From Magallana gigas (Eukaryota), in contig NC_088857.1 in the NCBI RefSeq assembly GCF_963853765.1, positions 1,240,001-1,304,000 of the forward strand: 64,000 nt of DNA, given 5' to 3'. Below the pieces are notes generated by a model. That model was not told the origin of the DNA, ran no database searches, and saw only the letters and a list, made by a program, of their open reading frames with translations. The translations under genes and the position numbers were made by a program. How positions within the stretch are numbered: the stretch's first letter is position 1; each line of letters opens with the position of its first letter. Shown here piece by piece: positions 1 to 12,666 of this stretch.

Positions 1-151
1 ATATTTTATGTGATATCACATTATAAAGTTATAATGTAAGTTTCATCGTGGGCGACGGCTGCGGACATAGTTTTCTATTCAATTAAAAAACTTCTATGAC
101 GTCACCCATTGTATTTAGTCAACGTTTATTTTTACTATTCAACCAACAGTC

Positions 152-237
152 GTTGGATATATAAATATCCAACTGATGGGCAGTTGGATATTTTTAATAT
201 CCAACCGCCCATCGGTTGGATATTCAAAATATCCAAC
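152..237. repeat. Nested palindrome of three GTTGGATAT...ATATCCAAC hairpin units
   Basis: GTTGGATAT-n-ATATCCAAC occurs three times and the whole 86-bp block is itself an imperfect inverted repeat. ATATCCAACAGTGC (229-242) has an inverted partner GCACAGTTGGATAT at 836-849. Confidence 0.75.
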
Positions 238-901
238 AGTGCATAAAACAAAAAAAAAATGACAAAATGTTGAAACGTGTATTTCCAACATAAATCCAAC
301 ATACACAGAATCCTGTCATCCATAAATGTAAATCCGATTAGCCACGAATGAAATTTCAGCAGAAATATCTCCTTTTCTTAATTTTGATAGATTTGGGATC
401 ACATATAAATCACTTCCATAAACACTTGTAGACTTCCTCTTTGAACCTTGAACCATATAACTCCTTTTCCTTAGTTTGAACAATTTAAGGAATATTGTCG
501 CACTACGACTTCATAAGACTCCTATCAACATTTTTAACGAATAATCGTCTGTTGATTTTTTGTCAAATTTCTGATTTGTCCTTTCTCCTTGCAAGTCTAA
601 AATATCATTCAAATGGTATCCGCGTCTTTCCCGGTAGTGTAGACCTCTATATACATTGAATGTACTTTGCGTTAAAAAAATTCATCATCTAAATTTAAGT
701 CTGCTCAGTACAGCGGAATGGTTTACTTTAACATGCGCACCTGTTCACTCGTCCATGAATAAAGGGTGTGTTTGGTTAGGCTATTGTGTATGGTACTATT
801 TAAATCATAAATGAGCTAGATCCTTTTGTATTACAGCACAGTTGGATATATGAATGGGTCAATGCTTCTTTGAGGTTCAATGGGGGAATTTTATTAAGTA
901 A

Positions 902-1098
902 GATAAATAACTCGATAGTGTTGAATAGTTTAGAGAAAACATCCCCTTCTACAAGCAGAATCTGCCTTCGGCCCTCGGAGGGAATGTTTTCTCTAAACTA
1001 TTCAACACTATCTCGTTATTTATCCATTACATAACCATTGAAAAATTACTATTCAACACTATCTCGTTATTTATCCATTACATAACCATTGAAAAATT
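902..1098. repeat. Central-hairpin non-autonomous element fragment with a 51-bp tandem duplication
   Basis: Arms 902-942 and 984-1024 are reverse complements (39/41). Segment 997-1047 is repeated at 1048-1098. Confidence 0.8.
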
Positions 1099-1324
1099 GG
1101 TGTCGTATGTTTAGTTTCAAAGAAAATACGGGAAAATGCACTTTTCATGACGTCACAATTACCATTGTGAGAATATAATCAGGTTATAATTTATAGATTC
1201 TTAATCTATTGGTATTCGTGTTTAAAAAAATTAATGCAACATTTCATTTTCTCGTGATACTTTTTAAAATTACCTAAAAACAGGGCAAAATATGAGTGAA
1301 ACTATACCTTGTTCATTATTTTAT

Positions 1325-1679
1325 TTATAGCGAGCGCAGCTCGCCGGCGCGCAGCGCCGGCTAGCGAAGCGAGCTCTAAGAACCAGTGTGCGCGGGAAAA
1401 AGAACGAGCTAAACCTACAGTTCATCGAACAAAATTTTTTGTCTACGTCCCATAATGCTCTCTAATGTTTTCACCCGTGGTGCTATGCCAAAAATGGCCG
1501 ACTTTTAACTCGTAATTTAAGGTGTCTTAAGGTTTGAAGACACGTTTTGAGTACCGCATTAGCTTTGGCGAGACTCAGAAGATTTGTTACATGCTTCCAT
1601 ACCTTCGTATTGAGTCGAGAAACGTAAACAAAGACGAACAAAGTCATTGATGACGTCACACTGCACTCGCGCTATATTT
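1325..1679. mobile_element. Putative MITE/HINE with a GC-rich triple-hairpin end
   Basis: Hairpins GCGAGC-GCA-GCTCGC, GCCGGCGC-GCA-GCGCCGGC and GC-GAA-GC at 1330-1370. Imperfect inverted copy of the left end (ctgcactcgcgctatattt) near 1661-1679. Confidence 0.4.
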
Positions 1680-2023
1680 CCCGCGATAAATTTAGAGGTG
1701 GATCAAACATCTGTAATGAGTCTACTGGCTATTTCAGTATAGTCTCCGACACATGCCTCATTGACATATCTTTTTTTAATATAGAGATTTTATATATATA
1801 TATATACTAGCAAGAGCCATACTTTACTGCCATATTGATCCATTTTTAAACTAATTGTGCATGCATGTACAGTAGGCAGGTAAGTATATGAGTAGGGAGG
1901 AAATAAACAATAGGACATTTTGAACTAAATAAAAAGGAATAAAAAAAAAAAATAAACAAGTAAAAAAATTATGTAGATATTGCATATATTCAGACCATTA
2001 AATTTAAAAGTGGGAAATTACAC

Positions 2024-2159
2024 NNNNNNNNNNNNNNNNNNNNNNNNNNNNNNNNNNNNNNNNNNNNNNNNNNNNNNNNNNNNNNNNNNNNNNNNNNNNN
2101 NNNNNNNNNNNNNNNNNNNNNNNNNNNNNNNNNNNNNNNNNNNNNNNNNNNNNNNNNNN
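2024..2159. other. Assembly gap
   Basis: Run of N. Confidence 1.
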
Positions 2160-2517
2160 TATGTATCATAACCATTAAAATTAGTACCTTTGGCATACTT
2201 AATGTAGAGCAATACTCTCTCAAAAATTCTTTGACGTTCGTTGATACCTAAAACTATAAGTTGACAATGATGCAAGGTACAGTATGTGTAATTCTTGCTG
2301 CGCTCGCCAGAACGGTAGCACCGTAAAACATATTACTCACAATCTATAATAAAGGTATGGTATGTGCAAACAAGGTTCGTGTAATACTTCATCAACGTGG
2401 ATTGAATATATATATATATATATACTACGTTACATATTAGTCATTTGTACATAACTGCCTGAAGAGCCAGGAATGGCGAAAACGTTTGCGGTTAATAGGA
2501 TCAATTTGTGATTTTAT

Positions 2518-2646
2518 NNNNNNNNNNNNNNNNNNNNNNNNNNNNNNNNNNNNNNNNNNNNNNNNNNNNNNNNNNNNNNNNNNNNNNNNNNNNNNNNNNN
2601 NNNNNNNNNNNNNNNNNNNNNNNNNNNNNNNNNNNNNNNNNNNNNN
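2518..2646. other. Assembly gap
   Basis: Run of N. Confidence 1.
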
Positions 2647-2894
2647 TCATCAAAAACCCAAATCATTAGCGAAGTAAGGAAGCTACAGAAAACACACAGT
2701 TCACCAAGTAAACCATCACAACAAAAAAGCATACAACATTCAGAGAAACACACTTCTCTTCAAAAATACACCAGCAGTGATGCATCTTGTGAAGAACAAG
2801 ACAATGCCATTAATATCAGTCAACAGAATGGTACTACGACAAAACCATCCAGTCATAAAGTTAGTAACCATGCATACCAAACAAAGACGCGCAG

Positions 2895-3417
2895 ATGCAG
2901 AATAGTCCTTCAGTAACGTATGCAATGGTGGTGAACAGCCCTCAGGAAAACAAATCTTGTTCGGAATCCGAACAATCACATTCGTATAATGCGTTTACCG
3001 CGGATTCAAAACAGAAATCGTCCACGTTAAACAACGTGTTTACGAACCAGGATCGTGCTTCAGAGGTTGATACTGATGTTGCTGCAAAGGATAATACTCC
3101 AAACTCCTTCAAAGGATATACTTTTGTCCGCAAAAAAGCATACACCCTCGAAACGTGTGGTCCTTGCCAATATCAAGGCACGTGATACCACTTTCGAAAA
3201 GGTTAAAGAAGATATCGTCAGCTGGTGCCACAATAAAAATGTCAATGTTTTTAGCATCTTCATTTTGGCAAATCGCTCTGCACGACGATACCCAACATTC
3301 GTTATCCGTGTAAATATTGACGAAAAAGATTATAACAAAACTCTAGAGCCTGATTTCTGGCCAGATACAATATCAGCCAGAGACTGGATTGTAAGAAATG
3401 AAACCACGAACAGATAA
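2895..3417 (+). pseudogene. LINE ORF1 remnant (frameshifted)
   Basis: C-terminal ...FVIRVNI...LEPDFWPDTISARDW resembles the conserved FWP-x-G/T-I-x-x-R-x-W tail of invertebrate CR1/L2 ORF1. Split over two frames. Confidence 0.65.
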
Positions 3418-3449
3418 AGGTTCCGTCGTCCTCATATTTATCAATTTTA

Positions 3450-6400
3450 ATGATTCTCTGTACATGGAATATACATGGGGCATTTAGTGGCATAGCTGAA
3501 CTTAAACAAGTAGTCACGTTTAGCGACATTGTATTTGTATCAGAGCACTGGCTCTCTAAAAACTGTCTGTCAATTCTAGAGACCTCTTTTGATAATAAAG
3601 TTACACTTTTCGCAAAACATGGTGTTACCACAAATAATACTACCAGAGGAGGCGTGGCTTTTATCGTTAAACAATCTCAAGACTACATCATAAACCAGAT
3701 GAATTATGTAATGAACGTATTCTTGCAATCAAATTGACACTCCGACGAAGTCATGTATATATCATTGGTTGCCTACTTTCTTCGACAAACCTGTCTTTTA
3801 AAGTTTACAAGGATGTGCTTCTTGAACTCTTTGATCTCTATGACGAGTTATGCGAAAACGGGCCTGTTATTATATGTGGAGATTTTGATACAGACATAAT
3901 AAACAAACGCAGCAGCTTGAAATCTAAACTACTCATTGATTGCGTCATTGAACGAAACTTGTGTAATTCGTTTGAATCCGATGAAGTGTTTTCGTATCAA
4001 TCAAAAGATAGAAAATCCCAAACGTTATTGGACTATATTTTCGTACCGGAATGGCTAAAATCAAAAATTATGTATAAAGAAATTTACTCAGAATTCAATT
4101 ATAACATTTCAGATCATTTTCCAGTATTTGCAGAAATTGACTTTGAACAAGCTTTTACACAAACTTCTTTTGATTCATCGAGAATTATACCCAAATGGAA
4201 TGTTGCAAATTCCCATAATCTGAATTCCTACAAAAACAAGTGTGACAACTATCTGTGCATATTACAGGAAGATACACACCGCAAAAATGACATCGATCAA
4301 CATCTGATGAAAATTACAGCTTCTCTACTAACAGCATCCGACCAACATATTCCACACGGAAAGTTTAGACATGACTTAAAACCATATTGGAAAGACAGTG
4401 GTCTCGACCAAGCTCACTATGACATGAGAGATGCCCGCCGATCATGGAAAGCTGACGGGTCACCGAGATCAAGAGATGCAAACTCGTTTTTAAACTATAA
4501 GAAAGCAAAGCGAAACTTTCGAAGATTACACCGACAGACGGCAAAACAATGGCAGCAATCCGTATTTGATGATATCGACAAGGCAACAGAAATGGACCTA
4601 GGAACGTTCTACAAGACGGCATGGAAAAACATGAAATGATCCTCATCCAAACTCCCTAGTTCATTATCATATCAAGGCAAGTCCGCAAACAACATACCTG
4701 ACATGTGTAAATTGTTGAAAGACCATTACTCAAAACTAGCAGAGGAAAATCAGGACCCGACTAAATTCGACAAGTTATTTTAACAGCATATTGACCAGCG
4801 TGTGCACGATATCGACAATGATCTCAACTCAACATTAGATTCAAAAAATTAAATCAAGAAATTCAACATCATATTAAATCATTATCCAAGGGAAAAGCAC
4901 CTGGTCCAGATTTTCTCACGTACGAACATATCATTTTTGTGGCGATAAAATTGTTGATGAATTATGTATTTTGTTTAACTCGATACTTAGACATGCTCAT
5001 GTTCCCGAAATGTTTAAAGTTGGAAAAGATAAATCAGTTTTCAAAGGTAAAAACAAAGATAAAAGTAATCCTACAAATTATAGAGGTATAACTCTAACAT
5101 CAGCACTTAGTAAACTGTTTGAGAAGGTTTTTCTGTCTCATATTGAAAATGATTTATTAGATAGACAAATTTGTTTTCCACATCCATTACAATTTGGTTT
5201 TAGAGCTGATCATGGTGCTGTCCCTGCCTGTTATGTTATAAAAGAAATCATTGTTTATTATAATAGTAGAGGTTCACCAGTTTTCTGAACATTTCTTGAT
5301 AACGAAAAGGCTTTTGATAGAATATGGCACAATGGTCTCTTGTATAAGTTATATGAACTTGGAATTGACAATACCTTGTGGAAAATTTTAAAAAATTGGT
5401 ACTATGATAGCAAATGTTTTGTATCATTTGCTGGAGTCAATTCTGAACTCTTTAAAATATCTCAAGGTGTTGGCCAAGGTAGGGTGCACAGTGCCTTTAT
5501 GTTTCTTGTTTATATTGATGACCTATTGTATGAACTATGTACATCTACCAATGGTATACTGATGGGCAGTTTGCATATTCCAGGGATTCTGCTTGCCGAT
5601 GATACAGCGCTAATAAGCAACTCGCCTCGATCTCTTCAAGAATCATTATATGTTGTTGAATTATATGCTTACAAATGGAGATTACATTACAATCCAAATA
5701 AAAGTGTCTCTATTGTTTTCAGCAAACAGTCACATATTTCATTGAAACTTGATGTTCAACTCTTTGACAATGTGATACCCAATTGCAATGATGTTATTTA
5801 TGCTGGCTGTTTATTGCAGGCTAATCTGAAAAGTGATAGACTTGTAGAACGAGCTTGCAAAAATGCAAGAAGTAAAATTCATTCACTCCATCCTGTTGGC
5901 AATAATAATTACCAATTCAAACCAGCTGTGTCAGCCAAAATTTGGAAAAGAATTGTTCTTCCTTCTTCTCTTTATTCATGTGAACTTTGGACTGATATCA
6001 CAAAAAAGGACCAGTACAAACTGGAATACACCCAACGACATTTTTCAAGAATTGTGCAAGGACTCTCGAAATACTCACCTTCTCTATCCTGTACATCAAA
6101 CCTGGGCCTGTGGTCAGTAAAAGGATATATAGACAAATGCCGCCTTCTATTTCTCGGTAGACTAATGAGAGCGGACAAAACCACTGTTCATAATAAAGTT
6201 CTTATGTTTTTATCTTCCGAGGATGTTTCAGATAAATATATTGTTACGAAGACTATTCAAAAGACATCAATTGAGTATGATTTGTCTCTTAATGTTAATA
6301 CAGATTGTGTGTACAATAAAGCTATATTTTCAAAACAAGATGTCAAGAATGTGTTTATTGAAGAGGAAACAAAATGGAAACAATTGTTGTACAGCACTCC

Positions 6401-6830
6401 TGAAATGTCAGTATATAGAAATATTCATTGTAAATTAAAGCCAATTCATTTATGGGCAATTTTTAAAGAAAACCCTGGTCTAAGAAAATATTTTAATCGA
6501 TTTATTGCATTATTGTCTATGAAAACGGTTCCCAAATTGTGTATTCATTGTAAAAGAATGGAAAACAATTTTAACATGCACATTATGCTCAATTGTTCAT
6601 TATTTATGAATGAGAGAGACAAACTTTTATAAGATTTATTAGATATTCTAGATGTATTTGAATATGTTTTTTTGATTTGCAAGATTCCGAAATCCAATAT
6701 TTGGCTCTATTAGGGTGCATTGCAAATACCAGTTTTGCCCAAATTACATTTGAAAAGTGGAAAAAATTATAATTTGTGTATCGAAATTCGTATTTTTATT
6801 GTGGGATCATTTTGTTATTGATTGTAGAAA
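3450..6830 (+). pseudogene. LINE ORF2 (AP endonuclease + reverse transcriptase) with several frameshifts and stops
   Basis: EN motifs TWNIHG, SEHW, GGVA, GDFD, LDYIF, SDHFPV. RT motifs NYRGITL, QFGFR, AFDRIW, GVGQGR, VYIDDL, LLADD. C-terminal C-x2-C...H...C. Fragments 3450-3737, 3734-4639, 4971-5288, 5340-6632. Confidence 0.9.
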
Positions 6831-6983
6831 AATCTAAAATAATACTGTTTTCTCCTGAACTGATTGTAAATATGTTTGCATTTATGTTTATTTTTCTCCT
6901 ATTGTTTTTTGTTATTTAGTTTCATGTTAAACATCATAATACTCTCCAATAATGTGGAGGAAATAAAGAATATCTTATCTTAT

Positions 6984-6985
<2 letters not shown>

Positions 6986-7058
<73 letters not shown>
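6986..7058. repeat. (TA)n microsatellite
   Basis: About 36 TA units directly after the LINE tail. Confidence 0.98.
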
Positions 7059-7061
<3 letters not shown>

Positions 7062-7379
7062 TTACAAAGATTTCCTTTGCTTTTTTTTTTATTTGTCATT
7101 TCTCTTACTGCATTTTAATTATGAACATATGAAATGCTTTATAGTGTTTGTCACATCTCAGTTTGGTTTTCATTCCTCTGTCTCTTTAGTGAGCAGAAAT
7201 TTTCAAAGTCATCTACATGTCTAAAGTTTACCACGTGCAAAAATTGTGATGGTGTTATTACTACTATGAAATAAATAATATTTTAAAGTTCTATGATAAG
7301 GCAATGACGTATCTTTTTAAAAATTATTAATGGTTTAAACCAAAGATGACAGTTACTTGTACTTATTTTTCATGCTTTT

Positions 7380-7620
7380 TGTTAGACCGTACTTGAACAC
7401 CTAATTGCCTACGGATTTTCTGTTTTTATCCCGAAGTGTTCCCGCTGTGTTCCCAATGGGTATACACCGTGGATGTGACTGGTCGGCAGAGGATGTTCAC
7501 TCCTACAGGGCACCTGATCCTGCCTCTATCTTTTTAGAGGTCCAAGTTGCTCTGCTTTGAATTTGTTTTTCGTTTTATGGATTTTGGAGATGGTTGACGG
7601 TTTGTTGTTGACATTTTTTA
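7380..7620 (+). mobile_element. 3' UTR fragment of a Penelope-like (Naiad-type) retroelement
   Basis: GTGACTGGTCGGCAGAGGATGTTCACTCCT...GGCACCTGATCC is shared with 8935-9060 and, inverted, with 14330-14470. Confidence 0.65.
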
Positions 7621-8699
7621 TTGTACTTATTTTTGAATATATATTCAATTAAAGGTACCTTAATACAACACTTGTATTATTTACATTTTCCGAAAGCATA
7701 TAATACAATGCCAAACTTAAAATTGTTTGATAATTTGCATCAATTATCTTATATGTGAATAAATTATTTCCAACTTTAAAAGTCTCTAATTGTGTTTACT
7801 CACAGTCAGCAATGGCTTCTCCTCCAACATGGCGGACGTGGATCGTTATCACAATCAGCGCAGTGAGGGCAGACATACACAGCAACATCATCTACACAAT
7901 ATGATATGAAACATGATATACCTATGTATGGAACAGGTGTACTTATACAAACGATCTAATGGTACATCATACGGTTTTAAAGGCAAAAGAGACCATTTGA
8001 TCTGCAATTACTTTCTGTTATATATTGAACTATTATCCAATTGTTTCCAATATTAAGTTCAGAAAGTAAAAATAATAAAAGTTTGTTCGTGTATAGTAAA
8101 ACTATACCAAGGGGTATAAAATGTGCTACCCATCCCTTAGAATGCTATCACTCAAAGTTTGACTTTCATTTTTAAAAAAACATGACGTTAGCGATTGAGA
8201 TCGAGTCATATACTGAAAACATCAATGAATTTATTTTGCTAAATATTGAACATACGGATTTTTTCCTGTTGATTACAACTCGGCAGTATAAATGTTTTAA
8301 TGTATATCATAACAAGACAGTTGAAAATTAACCCGTTTACCGCTTCTATCACATTTAGTTGAATTTCTTAATGAATAATTATAACTGTCAGTGAAAAATT
8401 ATTGAAGTCAATATATGACAAAATAATTCCTCTTTCAAACATTCCCTCTTTACCGGAGAAATACATGGGAACAAAAATTCTTTTTTTTAAAAAGAGATTT
8501 AGAATGGGGAAATCTTTTCTCTATCCAGTAATTTTCAGGTCATTATATTATGTATTTCTAGTTTGAATTGATCTGACCTATAATCCTAAATCCAATTTAC
8601 TACACAAATTTTTATATAATGTACATTAGCTAATAATTGTTAGTATGCATGGACACCAGATTGTATAGTTAATTTTTTAGTACGTAAATCTTATTGTTT

Positions 8700-9077
8700 T
8701 TATTATAGTGACGTTTTGTAACATTAGTTTGCCACTGATAAACAAGTTGTTTAAATCGAACTATCAACAGTCTCAATTGAAATCATTTTTCCGCAAGATC
8801 TATCGTCAGTACAACGATCTTGTCAGCAAATAAAATCTTAATCGCATGCTGAATGACGTCTTTTATATTTATTGTTAAACCATAATTAGTCACCAAATTG
8901 TCTACGTTTTCCCGATAAGGACAAAGAGCACACGGCGGGTGTGACCGGTCAGCAGAGGATGCTCAATCTTCCAAGGCACCTGATCCTATCTTTAAGTTTT
9001 TTTAGGGGTCTGTGATTGCTCTGCTCCTGTATTGTATTTTTTGGACTTTTCATTTTGAACAATGTTCGTTATCACCC
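8700..9077 (+). mobile_element. 3' fragment of a Penelope-like (Naiad-type) retroelement
   Basis: Degenerate end of the RT ORF (LLTNKL...QQSRLKS.FRK.Y..YNDLVSKY-like) plus the same 3' UTR as the other two copies. Confidence 0.7.
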
Positions 9078-9579
9078 GTGTCATGCAAAATCTGAAGTTT
9101 TGTAAATAGTAAGAAGTATCTGCTTCATGAGTTTAAGATAACAATATACTTACCTTTAGAGTAAGGTCTCTGTTGAAAGACAAAACCTACTGGCTGCCCA
9201 ATGATCCCTCTCAATCAAAATAACTGTACCAATGGACAGAAGTATCGCCAGTCAATTATTGAACAAAACCATTTTAATTTTTAAACGGTGACACATGCTC
9301 CAACTGTTCCTTATTTGTAAGTTTAATTCAGAAATCAATTTATATTAACCCTGTCGGTATAAAACTCCAGTCGATACCGCACATGCAATGAAATAATGAT
9401 GACATGGTAGAGATGAAAATTACTGGGTTGTCAATGTGATGTTAAGAATTTCTTATGAGATGTGATATCCACTCAATTCACAGAAAAACAAGAGTAACGC
9501 CGTCTTTCTTCTATGAGCAGTATTCATAATCCATTATTCAACCCTGAAATGATAAACACAACCTATCAAGAAAAACGGG

Positions 9580-9802
9580 TACTGTGGAATCATTAGAATT
9601 CGTGGTGGCTCAATTTTCGTGGTATTCGTGGGTAGCCCTTCCCCACGAAGTTACATTCTCGACGAAAAAAAATTAAAGAAAGAGTATTCTTTCTTACTGA
9701 AACTGAAAACTGACGCACCCACGAAATAACATCCCCACAAATAAGCAAAAAACCAACAATCCACGAAAATTGACCCCCACGAATTTAAATGATTCCACAG
9801 TT
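9580..9802. mobile_element. MITE with CTGTGGAATCATT terminal inverted repeats (Tc1/mariner-like, TA target)
   Basis: TA-CTGTGGAATCATTAGAATTCGTGG at left and CCACGAATTTAAATGATTCCACAG at right. Repeated internal CCACGAA/TTCGTGG motifs. Confidence 0.75.
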
Positions 9803-11189
9803 CTCTAAATGCAATATTTTGCCCGACTAAAGTTCAACAGCTGGTATTTGTCATAAATTACCGGTATTAAAAATCTTAATTCAATATGCTCAAAAACTTC
9901 TTATCTTGAAAACTGTAGGAGTTATCTCTAAAATTGGGGTACCCTATATGCAATATTAATATGACCAACTTCAACTGCTGGTATTCTATCATCATTATCA
10001 AAAGTTTAAATCTGTGTTATATGAACATCTCATATATTTGTTAAAATGATCTACAAAACAACAACTTCCTATCTTGAAAACTGTAGGAAAAATATTGGTT
10101 ATATTATAATCATATCATATATCCCGTGAACTCTACAAACGTAGGAGAGGTACCAGAAGACCCATCCACGTGGACGTGAACAACATCGGATATACACACA
10201 TTCCATATTAAAAGAGATCACCTATGGCCCAAATAGCTAAAGAAGAAGACAGTTTGGAAATTAATATTGGACAAAATATAAAGAAAATGAGGTAATATAT
10301 CATTTGAATGTAACACACACCGAATAGTTACCACCTTTGTATCCAAAGAAAATGTATAGGAAAGACAATTTTGAACAAAAGTACAAATTCAAATTAATTA
10401 CTATCGCAGTCAACATTTTATTCAGAATGAAAATATTCATATTTAATTTTATTTGTTAATTGATATTTGGCTAAATCTGAATACCGTATACACATTGGAA
10501 AATTAAGTTCAATTTATTCTCCCAGACCATAAAATTGATACGAGGTACAGTGTAAATGTACATACATTATTAAGAGGCCGTCCAAGCAAAGTTCAGGCAA
10601 GATTTTGCCTATGCTATGTCTGAGATTTCAATAAATTTTTGTGTAACACTACATTTTAACATGTTTGTAATTTATGTGAAAGAAAAAAATTCTATATCAA
10701 TTTGGAACATGTTTAGTGCAAAATGTCACAGAAGTTGTAAAACTGTTGTGAAGTTTGAAAAGTTTCATTTAGACTGCTTTTAAAGTATAAAAATATTTCA
10801 AACAAAAACATATGCCTTATAAAAGTTCGTGTATATTTCTGAAAACAAATCTGGTATTTTAATGTAAATTTAAAATTTCAATAAAATCCAATACATTTTC
10901 ATGAAAGGACAAAATGGGACATCTTTATAAACCTGAATAATAGAATTATGAGAAACAAAAATGAATTCAGTGGGAACAGCATCAGTTTTGTAGTTTGTCC
11001 ATGCAAAACATGTGCAAAGACAGTGAGTGACAACGTTCATGTCATAAATATTGACTATATTTTAATACATACTTATAAATATCTTTATAGAAGAGAATGC
11101 ATAATGGTGAAAGAAATATTGATCAACATTTTTCACAATTTTAAATGCAATTAAAATTTTTAAGAAAATTTTACCGCTTTTATATAGGA

Positions 11190-11471
11190 ATAACGTGTAA
11201 TAATTCTACAGCGAACCGTATGCGCATAATTTTCGCGCATGTAACATTTTTTAATGTTACCCGTTGCCAAGTGCGTTGCTAACGCTGAGGGTAATAGTAA
11301 ATATTATTAACTGTGTCTTAACCAATCAGATTTCAGTATTTAACATGAAAGTTTAACAATTTTTAATGTTACCCGTTGCCAAGTGCGTTGCTAACGCTGA
11401 GGGTAATAGTAAATATTATTAACTGCGTCTTAACCAATCAGATTTCAGTATTTAACATGAAAGTATAACAA
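11190..11471. repeat. Dispersed repeat fragment (same family as 37555-37925) with an internal 112-bp tandem duplication
   Basis: Near-identical to 37730-37925. The segment TTTTAATGTTACCCGTTGCC...AACAAT is present twice with period 112. Confidence 0.85.
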
Positions 11472-11879
11472 TAGATATTAACAGTGGGTACTGTTGTACT
11501 AATTAATATCTTTAATTATATTTACTCAATACCTTGAATACCATTTTTACATACAAATTAACCAGGCTAGTATAAATTACTTTTATGGTATGACAAACAA
11601 CCATAACAGATGACGATATCAAAATAATTTCATTGAAATTGAATTAGTTATCTTAGAAAATGTGCAGTAACAATTTGAAATAAATAGAGAATAAACGAAT
11701 GCAAGATAACACATTTATTGAGCATTAAAATGCTAGATGATAACATGTATACAGTACATGATGCATGAAGACAAGTTCATTCATCTCTCTCTCTTTCTCT
11801 CCCTCATGTGGTCAATCTGGCAAACTTCAAAGCATCTTATTTAAGTCTTGTTTGCATCCTTTATTCATATACATGTGCC

Positions 11880-12666
11880 AATGAGTAAATTGTGAAAAAG
11901 AAACTCCGAGTAATATTTTCTGGACATTCAACAACTTCTTAGGAAAACATTACCAAAAACTGCAAAGCAATTGTTAGAAATTGATAGAAATGTTTCCCAA
12001 AAATTCAAAGACAATTAGCAAATATTTTTTTCTGGTGACGAAGCATCGATTCCCTATTTTAAACCAGTAAGAGAGACTGGAAACAAAATATGGATACCTG
12101 AACTCGGTAAAAGACCTTTTGTTGCCAAGAGAACCATTAGCACAAAAAAATTTAATTTCTTTATTGCATTTTTTCATGTGATGATATAGCCGTACAAATT
12201 TCGGTGCTAAAAGGCAAAGGTGCTACAGGTTGGTTTTACAGAGAAAAAACTAAAGAAATTTTATCAGTAATGACGCCTTGTAACAGGATTTAGGCATATT
12301 CGTCTACTGAATCATAATGTTCCATAACTGATAACATAGTCTAACTTCGTAAATTCTAAACATGCTTTTGAGATCTAGACAAGTACGGCTTTTTTTCCTT
12401 TTTTCAAAAGTTTAAATTTCTTGTCTGGTCGTCACAAGTCCCGACAAGCCCTTGTCTCAGCCATCATCAGTAAGTGCCTCAAAGGTCTTTGTTAATCAAC
12501 GGACTTTAATTCGCATTCAGGCGCATTTCAGAAATGGATTCAAAGAATGTAATTATGTACTTCCAACCGCAGAGAATACTTTGAAGGGAAGTAAAGTTCA
12601 TTTTGCTATATGAGTCGAATGCTTTTGAGATGTCGTACAACTCACATTGCATATTGAACAACCGTA
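11880..12666 (+). pseudogene. Mariner-type DD34D transposase fossil with right TIR
   Basis: Piecing frames together gives GDE (12034-12042), KPVRETGNKIW...KRPFVAKRTISTKK, RLL(H)xNxP, FFLF...LSGR..KSRQAL, FQKWIQR and NR.EYFEG, then a TTGAACAACCGTA end. Confidence 0.8.

Larger units (their letters stand above)
2647..6987 (+). mobile_element. Decayed near-full-length non-LTR retrotransposon (CR1/L2 group)
   Basis: ORF1 remnant, then APE endonuclease and RT remnants, then a 3' UTR ending AATAAAGAATATCTTATCTTATCTTA (polyA signal plus short tandem tail). The 5' end probably lies in or before the N gap. Confidence 0.85.

Noticed and set aside
6876-7118. 80-aa ORF with YI repeats
   Set aside because: Translation of the (TA)n microsatellite.
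7800-7940. Possible host exon after an acceptor-like CACAG (also 9150-9270 and 10140-10295)
   Set aside because: Frames close quickly, no domain is recognisable, and no consistent multi-exon model emerges.
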